DNA from: Eledone cirrhosa
Taxonomy: Eukaryota
Direction of reading: 5' to 3'
Length of the DNA: 64,000 nucleotides
NCBI GenBank assembly: GCA_964016885.1
Contig: OZ024747.1
Span: 16,616,001-16,680,000 of the forward strand
Under the pieces are notes generated by a model that saw nothing but the letters and a program-made list of their open reading frames with translations, did no database searches and was not told where the DNA came from. The position numbers and the translations under genes are program-made. Shown piece after piece: positions 49,699-64,000 of this stretch. Every line of letters begins with the position of its first letter. The first letter of the stretch is position 1.

Positions 49699-50250
49699 CA
49701 ATGAGAATGACCAATTTATTTTCAATCAACAGAAGCGAGAATCAGAAAAACGAAATAAATATAACAAAAACCAAAATAAGAAAATATTCAAATGAAGACA
49801 ATAATTATAGAAAAACATTAGAAATAAATTTGGCTCAGTCATGATATTGAATGTAATTTCTGCCAATTGAGAGAAATATGTCAGAAAATAACTACAAATC
49901 GATAAAATAATACTTCATATGTCACGAGAGAAAGTATTCACCGAGAAAAAAAGAAAACAACATTACTGCTAATATTTAATTTTTTTTTTTCGGGAAGGGG
50001 TGGATAGGCGTAGTATGTTACTTCATACACACACAATTTCCATAAAAACAACTAACGCATGTACGTGCATTCACAATCGACATAGAGAAACAGACGTACA
50101 CAGAGACACAATCACAGATACAGAGAGAACACACGCATGCGACCGCATGCACACACACAAACATAAATATACTTTGTTTTTGAATAATTCTTGCAACGGT
50201 TTTTATCTCTAAAAACTTGTGTTGAAACAGACGTAACAGTATATATATAT

Positions 50251-50306
<56 letters not shown>

Positions 50307-50311
50307 GTATA

Positions 50312-50369
<58 letters not shown>

Positions 50370-50628
50370 CACACCCACATATATATATATATATATATAT
50401 ATAAGCAATTCAAACTTATGTAACATTCTCACACATTTGAATGTGGGTTCTCTCATCCTTTTTTGTTCGAACATATCAACTTAAATAGTTATTTCAATGT
50501 AGTTTCAATTAGTCGAACTGCTATATGATATATTACCCATAAAGTTACACAACAATAGTAAAATCACATGTTGATTGACATAAAAACACAGGCGGAAATG
50601 TACTCATATAAACACACACACATGTTTG

Positions 50629-50667
<39 letters not shown>

Positions 50668-50774
50668 CTAGGGGGAGGGAGATAGAGAGCAGGGGGAGAG
50701 GAAGCGGTAAGAGAGAGAGAGAGATAAATATAAAAATATACAAACTTATACATATCACACACACATATATATAC

Positions 50775-50888
<114 letters not shown>

Positions 50889-51006
50889 TATATACAATTA
50901 TTCGCACACACATACACACGGAGTAATAAAGCATTAACAATGGTTATTATGAACCACAGAATTCCTTAAACTTAGAATAGTACAATATGAAATATATATA
51001 TTTTTA

Positions 51007-51038
<32 letters not shown>

Positions 51039-52539
51039 CCACAACTTAAATACTTTAAGAAACTCTACCCCGATAATTTTTAACATACTATGAACAAAAT
51101 CAAATCTATATGTGACATGCCTATCTGGCTGTTAGCCTGATTAATTGTGCCTACCTGCATGCTGTATCCTGTAACTTGAAGTAATTTCACTCTGGATGAT
51201 GATTATTATGAAGATGATAATGATTTCCGATAAAACATGTGTATGATGTTTCTTAACTTATATTTATGTATGTTTTCATTTTTTTTTAAATATTTTCAAC
51301 ACTTTATTGATATCCTCAAAATATAGCTTAAGGTGTGTGTAGAGGCAGTCTATGTGGGTATGTATAAAACTGTTGTTAAACAACACTTTTTTTCTTTAAT
51401 GGAAACTTTAATAAATATTCGACAAGTTTCCTGGCACTGAATATTAAAACTTTTAAAATAAAATATACATAAAATAAGGCAATGTGGTGTTGTATTTCCT
51501 CGTGCTGATTTGACAGTCAAGAACGATAATGGTATTTTCTAGCTTGTTACAGGTATAGAGATAGAGTAACACAACTAAGAAGTAGAAACATGTTTTAAAA
51601 AATTTAAAACAAAAAGCAAAAATTTAAGATACAGAAATGTAAAAAAAAATATATATGAATCACAAAAAAATGTCTTATAATCACTGTTGTGGTATGTTAT
51701 GTCTGTCGTGTCATTTTCATTTATTAATCTAGTGATGTAGCCTTACACTAATTATTGTTGTGTCCAGCAATTGGCATTTCAGCCAACTGTTGTCAACAAA
51801 ACATGGATAGAGGACTATCAGGAGTTCAAATTCCAACATTTCAGCCCGTCTACATCTCGTTGCAGAAAAATTAGTTTTATTATTTTAAAGTAATTTCACT
51901 AATGAAATATTTTTTGTTTAAACTTTGATATTAGATGATCATTTTTTTATTGTTTAAGGTTAAATGTATGTTGGTCTGTGTATGTGTGTTTGCATGTGTG
52001 GATTTGTGTATGTGTGTTTGCATTTGTGTTTGTAAACGTAAATAAATATATATGTATATGCCTGAAAAATCTGGGAGCAGATCCTGCGACGTGCATAACC
52101 CCAAGCCATTTTTCCCTCTCATCCTCCCATAATGAATAATCAACTACTGTGAGCTGCAAAATCACAGCGTGCTACGTTCGGCGAATCAAACAAATCCCAC
52201 TAACAAACAGAACAGTGCGCGGTAATGATAAAAGCATATAAAGAAGAGACTGCCGGGAGTTCACTCATGCAACGTCATGAGGCAAATTTCAATTGAATTT
52301 CCATTGATTCAGCTATTGATTTCGAAGATATAGGCGATATAGCAGATGAATAAAACAGCATCGTAACGACAGTCGGCGTTCACTGTCTGTATCAATACCA
52401 TAAGCACTTGTCTAAAACAATATGGTGGCTGAGAGAAGTGTTGGTGGTGGTGGTGGTGGTGGGGTTGGGGATACTGGCGGTGCGGTGAGGTGTCGGATTT
52501 AGTTAGAACAGAGTAATTCTGACTAAGCAGCCGTACGAG

Positions 52540-55122
<2,583 letters not shown>

Positions 55123-55337
55123 CTATAAAGAAATCATCAGGGAAGTCGGAGCATTTTTGTCAGCGTCAGTATTTATAGTTGGAAATAGAAGTTGGGGGGG
55201 AAGATTGAAGGGGGAGAGCTGGTGCGGTGTGGATAGAGAGAGAGTACTTGGGTGTAGTAGGTGATATATGAACGTGAAGTAAATATAATATTAGAATATA
55301 AAGAGAAAAGTAAAGGAAAAGTAAAAAGAAAAAATAG

Positions 55338-55359
55338 ATAATAATAATAATAATAATAA

Positions 55360-55390
<31 letters not shown>

Positions 55391-55485
55391 AAGAAGAAGA
55401 AGAAGAAGAAGAAGAAGAAGAAGAAGAAGAAGAAGAAGAAGAAGAAGAAGAAGAAGAAGAAGAAGAAGAAGAAGAAGAAGAAGAA
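55338..55485. repeat. (AAT)n followed by long (AAG)n microsatellite
   Basis: Read directly. Confidence 0.97.
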
Positions 55486-55755
55486 GGATCAAAGCAAATA
55501 GTATTAGGAAGTGGAAAGCGAAGTGAAGGTGAATTAGGAGGGGAAGAGATGGTGTATGGGAAAGGCGAAGGAAGTTTAAGAATAGGCTTTTTGATATCGG
55601 AAGTTCACGCCACGCATGGTTGGTTTTAGTACTAATGGTCAGTTGTACTGAAGTATATATTCATATAAATATATACAGACACACACGAGCATATATAATC
55701 ATGCACACATGTACATACCTACATATTGACATACAAATCTCTCTCTATATATACA

Positions 55756-55843
<88 letters not shown>

Positions 55844-56073
55844 AATATATGGATTAAAAGCACTTATCTGACGAGGACGTACTGAAAAAACAACCAAGTA
55901 CCTTCAAGATATATATAATAAAGCATATATTTTGATTATATGAATATCTTCATTTGTTAATTTTTGAATAATATAAAAATACATATATAAATATAAATAT
56001 CTCTCTCTCTCTCTATATATATATAAAGTATAACAATATATATATATGTATATATATATATGTATATGTATAT

Positions 56074-56283
56074 ATAGGAAAATGTTTGACCCCGACCGCA
56101 GAGCTTAAGCCGTTTCGACGATTATTTCTGGACTAAAATAGTGAATTTTAGTCCAGAAATAGCCGTCGAAACGGCTTGAGCTCTGCCGTCCAGGTCATAC
56201 ATTTTCCTATTACCCTCTCTACTACCCTAAGTATTGAGTACTCTGGTGCGTTATAGTCCATCTGGTTCCTTACCACACCTCCG

Positions 56284-56285
<2 letters not shown>
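56074..56285 (+). mobile_element. Family C fold-back copy: palindrome 56074-56210 plus unique tail
   Basis: ataggaaaatgt..gaccccgaccgcagagcttaagccgtttcgacg...ctggactaaaa, then ttttagtccag...cgtcgaaacggcttgagctctgccgtccaggtcatacattttcctat. Confidence 0.85.
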
Positions 56286-56324
<39 letters not shown>

Positions 56325-56328
<4 letters not shown>

Positions 56329-56733
56329 GAAAAAATCAAATTTCATTTCTCACTTTTAGTACGGCTAATACTTAAATATAAGTATGTATACGTAAATACA
56401 TATATATTTACAGACGTACAGTTGTATGTATATACATACATACATGCACACATATATATATGTACGTATGGTTTATCGAACATTTATTATAATGCTCGGT
56501 TTGTTTGTAAACAAACAGTCCGAATTATTAGCCGTACAGCGTTCGGCGCCCATCGTTGCCCTTTTCTTCAACACTGACAAAGGAACGATGAACTAGTTTC
56601 TAGTTTATTAGCTATCATCAGCACCGTATACCTTCCTGTCAGTTGATTGAACGTTTGAAAGTATATACTGCCCTTATGAGCAGCCTAATTTGCATATCGA
56701 GTGAGTTAGTCGGCTGGGCGTACCGAAAACGGT
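56325..56733 (-). mobile_element. Family A HHR repeat, single more diverged unit between (TA)n tracts
   Basis: Colinear with 20580-21041, from aaatttcatttctcact to taccgaaaacg. Confidence 0.9.
56585..56627 (-). ncRNA. Minimal type I hammerhead (family A)
   Basis: acggtg-CTGATGA-t agct aata aact a-GAAA-ctag-TT-catcgt. Confidence 0.75.
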
Positions 56734-56809
56734 CTGTGCGTATATATATATATATATATATAAACGTATATATATATATATATAAACGTATATATATATA
56801 TATATAAAC

Positions 56810-56868
<59 letters not shown>

Positions 56869-56989
56869 TAATATAATAATATATACTTATATATATATAT
56901 TTATATAAACGTATATATATATATGTACACACACACATAATATGTATATGTGGGGTATTATATATATACGCATATATATATATATATAC

Positions 56990-57021
<32 letters not shown>

Positions 57022-57022
57022 G

Positions 57023-57057
<35 letters not shown>

Positions 57058-57439
57058 CTGTGTGTTTGTGTGTGTGTGTACGTGTGAATTGCGTATATGT
57101 ATATATACTTATGTGTGTGTGTAGATGTATGCGTGTGTGTGTATGTGTGTTAATATTTATTTACTCATGAGATGCGGTTTTGCTTGAAAGCCCCATTATT
57201 AAACTCCCTACTCCTCCTTATACATGCCCTACCACCCACTTCTTTCCTTTCCTCCTCCACTTTCTTCTTTTTCCTTCACTATATATTATTCTTCCCCTCC
57301 TCCTTTCATCTCAATTCGCCTTATTCCATCACGTCCCTCTCTATCAATCCATTTCTCCAGTATGAACCTCCCCACCACCACTTTGATCACCCCCTCCCAA
57401 TACCCAACACAAAGAAAGAGTAGAAATACTTAGTATCAT

Positions 57440-57600
57440 TTGAAAATCTACTTACCTAGACTGATAGTTTATTTTATTGAACCTGAGATAATGAAAAGTG
57501 AGGTTGATTTTGGTGGGATTTCAATTCAAACTGCATAGAGACGGAATCTGAAACCGAGGGTAATGTTTTCTACACTCCAATGATTCTGCCAATTCATTGC
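57440..57600 (-). mobile_element. Old degenerate SINE copy
   Basis: gactgatagtttattttattgaacc...atgaaaagtgaggttgattttggtgggatttcaattc...gattctgccaattc. Confidence 0.6.
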
Positions 57601-59704
57601 AAATAAACTCAATAGATCTATAATGTCGGATTGTAACGTAAAATTCATCGTAAGTATTTTAAATCCTACCAATCGTTATATAGATATATTTTAACATACT
57701 TCTGTACTGCTCTGCTGTTTATTTATTCTCCAATTTCTCAGTTCTATGAAATATTGAGTAAATTGAAATGAAGTATTCATAATATAATAGAAATGAAGTT
57801 GCAAATATTTTTCTAAATTCTTACAGAAAGACAAACTACAAACGCTTCTTACAATTTAGAATCTTGGTCTCAGCGTACTGATTAAGTTCTAAATTGATTC
57901 TCATTGGAGACATATTCCAGAAATTTCGAAATATTAACGTAATTCTACATAAACACAAACCATTCCTACAACAATAAAGAAACATCGAGACTAGATTTCT
58001 TTCTAAATTTTTAGATCATTTCAAATTAATTTGAATACTTAACAAGTGTGAATGTTGGAACTGAAACTTGAATTAGGACGCCTAAAACCTTTTACTGGAC
58101 TGGCAAAACACCCTGTCATGGGTAGAGTAAAGGCTTGAGTACAGCTGGATATATTAGTTATAAACATATTTCAAGAGGTTTTCTCGTATTTGGAGTAATT
58201 ATAATGATTTAGTAAAGTTCATGAGGGCTGGCAAGCCATTATGCATAGAATCGTAACTTAAGTTTAAGTGCTTGGTTTGAGAGAGATTTCCAGTTAATGG
58301 GTGTGAATTAGTGCTGGGTATACATATGTTGGGAAACAATGAATAGAGATTGAGTAAACATTTGAAAAGAGATTATTGAGTTCGTATCTAAAAATTGAAA
58401 TATTATTTCTCTGTTTCTCTCTCACACACTCCTTCTCTTTCTATTTCAATTTATCTCCCTCTCCCGCTCTCGTCGACCTCTGTTTCTATATCATATATTA
58501 ACTTTATTACTGCTAAGTCAACGGTTGAAGCACATACATATTTCATTTTCAGAACGTCTGGAGCACGTTAGATGCCTCTTCTCTAACACCTCATTACTGC
58601 AGCATGACAGACATATCCTTATCTTATAAGTGAAAAAGAAGCAAATTACTATCATACAAATTTATGTTATGCCATAGCAATGCATAATACATGTTAAGTA
58701 GCATATTCAGAGATAAAAAAACATGTTGTTAACTACTATTTTCTGTTTAAAATAGAAGATGCTCTCTGTAACGTTGTAAATAGAAAGGGGAACAACATTT
58801 GAAAACAGAGGTTTGGTTTAAATGTTTTAATTTATCATTTAATTTATCTCTCGCTGTGGCAGTAAGTATGAACAAATAAAACATGTTTATACAATCTGTA
58901 AACGAAACGAAACACATGATCACCATGATGAAAATCTTCAACGCAATTAAACCAAAAATTACACTAGAAAGAGCAAGAATGTAATGAGATAAGTATGTCT
59001 TATTTCAACATTTGGTGTCTCGAATAGAAGCAAAATAACATAATATTTAGATATGTACTTATATGTTCTTCAACCAATATTTGTAAGATAGAATTTATAT
59101 TTGATCTATACTTTGGAGCATAAAACAGATTCTAGTGATTTTCCGAGGTCACTTTTATTGACTATTTTACAAACAATTGGCTGGGGAAACAATTCAGTTT
59201 GTAGGTGTCGTTACCGTATGCAAGAGAGTAAAGGAGGGTTGTTATAACGTTGAAGGAGACAATGAGACGGCAAAAACTTCTTTCTTACCGGAAGCAAACT
59301 ACTATCAGAGATAAATAATCTTTGTGTACTTTCATCATATATTATTAACGGATGTTTGCTATTTAGATAATTGTGTTTGAATATCGAATAATTTGTTTAT
59401 CCAAACCTCAACATTCATAAATCATTCGCATAACGTTACATAATTGCAGTTACATCTATAGTTACATCTATAGTTTGCAAATTATGGATAATTTACAGAT
59501 ATGTCAGAACCAAAGGGTATTTGTAAAGACACCTTATCTAATTTCTTGTTTCTACAGTTGATAATTACATTTCTGCAGATGATGTAAATACACAAATGTG
59601 ATATATAGATTTAATAGAATTCGAAAGTATCATAAATGTTTGTATTGTAATATAAGAGCTAAGTGTCTGATCAGAAGACAATTCACAAAGGATCACAAGT
59701 GACT

Positions 59705-60500
59705 GTGCATACGGACCGAATATTCATACTGCAACAGATCCTCGAGAAATCATGGGAGTATTGCCAAGAGGTATAAACTTGTTTTGTATACCTCGAAAAG
59801 GCATATGACCACCTTCCTCGGGGCCTGCTGCGGAAGGTTGTGCAGGAGTATGGGATAGATGGTTAGCTTTTTGCTGCCCTGTTGTCTTTATATGAACGCA
59901 CAGGCGAGATAGAAGTGGTATAACGACTGGCGGGTGTAAAATGAGTCGGCTGGAAGTTACAGACGACATGGTATTTTAACTCGACAGAAGGCGCTCTCCG
60001 ACTTGCACTTGATGAGTCTGATGCCGAATGCTGTATGGCTGAAATGAAAATCATGCTGCGAAAACTGAGACACTTTTCCTCTGAAAGAGGTCTGCGCAGG
60101 GCACTTTATATGTTAATAAATTTCCACTAACGTTGGTGGAGAAGTTCCATATTCTCGGTGCTATATCCACGAGTGATGGAACGCTGGAGGTTGAATTAAG
60201 TGCTAGTATCGCAGGATCTGTTGAGGTGATGCACCATCTTCAGCATTCGGTAAGGAAGGCAGGTGTAAAAGTCAAATTCACTATCCTAAATTCGATCATG
60301 TACCGTGTGTAATAACCGAAAGAATACGATTGTGAATATATTTGGCCGAAATGGGATTCCTTCGAAGGCTATTTGGAGTAACGTAACACTATAGAGTACG
60401 TAGTTCGGAGATCATAATCTTTCCAGTTAGAGCCGCTACTTCTCCGAATTGAGAAAACACAGCAGCGATACTATGGGAATATGGTTAGAATGTCTCATGT
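59705..60500 (+). mobile_element. RTE-clade LINE reverse transcriptase fragment (decayed)
   Basis: TDRIFILQQILEKSWEYCQEV*TCFVYLEKAYD, QEYGIDG, SRLEVTDDMV, VEKFHILGAISTSDG and EPLLLRIEKTQQRYYGNMVRM. Confidence 0.85.
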
Positions 60501-61406
60501 AATCAATAACAGATTGTATGTGCATCAGTAAAATGGTGAGCTGTGTTAGGAATTTGGTGCGACCTTAGATATTATATTGCATGGTATAGAGTAGATATTA
60601 GTTTGCTTTAGTTGTTACAAGCTAGAAATCTGTTCCATTAAGTACATTTAGTGAATAGTAGGGAGAATTGCTGTAGATGTTTTGCGTTATATAGTACCAG
60701 AGAAAACAATCGTGTGGTATAATTGTATTTAGTTAGAAATGAAAGCGTTTATATTTAACCAAAGTCTTTGTTGGTGTATATATACACATAACTGGCATAT
60801 CATGTTTGTGTGAGATTCTTCTCGGTATAGGTATTATTTTGCAAGTCATATTGACGTGCAAAGCAGAGGTTAGTTCATGAATAAAGATTTGTGAAAGAGG
60901 AAGTACGATATCTTTCATACACACGAGAACATAATATCACATTCATAATCTCATTGGGTTTATTGTTCTATCATTGTAAATACCTAAATAAAAAAGGAAA
61001 TCAAAAGGAAATCAATATCCTAGTTCATAGACACTGTATTAGCTGTACGATATGTATGCAGGTGAGAACAATTGTATCATTACGTAAAGATGGTGGGTGC
61101 AAACAAAATGTAATATATCTACTGTAAGTATGAGAATTGTAGAAAGAAAAACAGTATTGTCTATTTTACAGATTATATTCAAAGTATTTACAGGATAAGA
61201 TAACACCACCACAAATCTTCTAATGCTTGTAAAAAGTATATCTAATGACTATTTTTATACCTGCGTAATCATTGATGGTTTTAAGAATAAAGGAAAAATA
61301 ATCGAGATGCATTGAAAAATTGCTTATAATGATAAGAGTTATTAATATAATTTGGCATACAACTGTCCACAACAAATTTCTTCAAGCAACTGTACGCATA
61401 CACGGT

Positions 61407-61456
<50 letters not shown>

Positions 61457-61460
<4 letters not shown>

Positions 61461-61552
61461 AAAGCAGTCAGGACCCCGACGGCTGAGCTCCGGCCGTTTC
61501 GACAGCTAGACCCGAACATGGTCCACCTGGTTTCTACCACACTTTCTTTGTT
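61457..61552. mobile_element. Family C fragment: HHR 3' half on minus joined to a plus-strand tail piece
   Basis: gaccccgacggctgagctccggccgtttcgacagcta, then ggtccacctggtttctaccacac, which resembles 56256-56280. Confidence 0.7.
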
Positions 61553-61625
61553 ATATATATTTGCATATATATACAAACGATGTAAGTATTCGTTTGTAAC
61601 AACGAAAACTAAGACACACGCGCTC

Positions 61626-61662
<37 letters not shown>

Positions 61663-61774
61663 CTTTGGATTTTAGTCTTCAATTTTATTATTATTACTAT
61701 ATATATATATATGTATATACATGTGTCTGTGCGTGTGTATGCGTGTGCGTGTGTGTTTGCGTGTGCGTGTGCGT

Positions 61775-61830
<56 letters not shown>

Positions 61831-63009
61831 CTTTGTTTTCACTGCAGTCATTCATACTCGAGAGAGGGTGTGATAGGAGTAAATTATGTTGCTAAAACCA
61901 ATACCATCTAGTTTGGAGTCATAGGCAGCAATGTCGACCCAAATATTCATTGTAACTCGTAAGTGCATACATTGAATATCTTCTTCCAATATATCGATAA
62001 ATAGTCATTTGTATACCTAACTGGTCATTGCAATCGATTTCTGGATAATGCGATCTGATAATTCAACAGGATACCAATAAGAAACATCGGATTAATTATA
62101 TTAATAATATATTTGTTTTTCTGGTGTAAACGTGAAGTAAAACATTATAGAATCAATGCAATTACACTTCACATATCGTGTTTCTTTATTACAGTATAAA
62201 TAAACAAACAAAATATGTTTGAAATAAAAATAACGTTTAAATTTCATAGAATATCTCAGAATCTAATCAATTTTATATGGACATAAAACATATTCCAGAC
62301 GATGAGCTTTCACGCTTAATTCCGACAGTAAAAAGACTAATACCGTTGTTTTCATTTCTATTTGCTTCTCATCTTAAAACATACGATTGCTAGAGTAATT
62401 TTGCATTAAAGTAATACAAGAAGTGAATCCAATGACCCGTACTACTAGAAAAAAGAAATATGTATAACATAAAACGAAAAAGAATATAAACGAAAGTTTT
62501 TCGCAAAGAAAGAATCAATATGTGCCAGGAAATGTATGCTTGTTGTTACGTTATGCTTTCAAATCAAATCATGATCATCAGCTTCTTTAACGGAAATGTG
62601 TTTTAAATAAATTTTATTGATCGGCAAAGCATTTAATCTAACGAGTAGAGGAATTTCTCTGTCAAGCAAACCGATATCTGATTGAATATGTTTGTCTTCT
62701 TCCAGAATTCAAAAATAATAATCAAATAAAATGAAAGAGATTAAAAGGATAAAAAATAACGATATAAATTCGAAATCAAACAAAGAGTATAAGAGAGATT
62801 TCAGTAGTATATATGTAATACACATAAAAAGAGATAGATGATATGGATGTATTTAAATATCTGAAAAGTAGATGTTCAGCTTTTTAGTGAGGAGATATAA
62901 TATCTTCATATTTAGTGTATTTCATATTATGTTCATAGCTGTGAAAATATATAATACTTAATATTGTATCGCTGGCAGTCATGCACACAAGGGGGTAAAT
63001 ATATACACA

Positions 63010-63430
<421 letters not shown>

Positions 63431-64000
63431 GTGTGAGTTTGTTTTGGTGTTTGCCAGTATGCCAGCATGAATGTATCTAATTCTATGACTATTTGTTAAA
63501 TGAAGGCAATGACACTAATTAGAATTTCACCAAATATTCTAGATTCAATACTTTGCTATTCAACATATCGGTTCAATTAATATATTTTGTTCATTAGATA
63601 ACAATGAAATATAATTAATTGAAATTTGTGAAGAACGTAGTGAATAATACATATTTTGGTAGTACATATTTTGGTAGTCTTGCTGCTTTCATCTTCTAAC
63701 CACAAGCGACAGAAACACAGTAGCAAAATTATAAAAACCAAGTGGTGCTATTTTGTCTTGTATTTGTATAATAATTATTTGGATAATAATTGAATGAATA
63801 AAATTATATATGATTATATTTAAACTTTGAAAACATGTAACGTATATGTCTTTCACCCTATAATATTTTGACTAGAAGAAAGGGTAAACAGTTTCAAATA
63901 TGTATCGAACCCAAAGCGATGGATACACATCACATTATACCACCAGACCACTAGATGAATTCGTCTTGAAATCTATAGGCATTTTAATCGCTGTCTAAAG

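Noticed and set aside
55166-55492. Poly-Leu ORF resembling a signal or transmembrane segment
   Set aside because: It is the reverse strand of the (AAG)n/(AAT)n microsatellite.
55858-55902. HHR-like ctgacgag...gaaa with gcactt/aagtac
   Set aside because: Stems II and III are too poor. It is possibly a decayed HHR but is not supportable.

Overview
This is very AT-rich eukaryotic non-coding DNA. The SINE types and microsatellite load suggest a coleoid cephalopod, probably Octopus (inference). I found no supportable host protein-coding exon, and the long ORFs in the track are (TA)n/(CA)n artefacts. The window holds two decayed Penelope-like elements (PLEs, RT plus GIY-YIG) and two R4/Dong-type RLE LINEs sitting in (TAA)n. 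It also holds an RTE LINE fragment, many tRNA-derived SINE copies (four with clear target-site duplications, TSDs) and four large interrupted (TA)n tracts. The main signal is a dense set of at least five unrelated short non-coding repeat families, each carrying a type I hammerhead ribozyme (HHR) motif. They lie next to or inside (TA)n tracts and recur as partial tandems or fold-back inverted structures. The best case is a ~462-bp unit (family A) whose minimal HHR shows stem I covariation across three copies, and one copy contains the 5.1-kb TA tract. These look like non-autonomous PLE-derived or retrozyme-like elements. All structures were read by eye, and no folding or database search was run.
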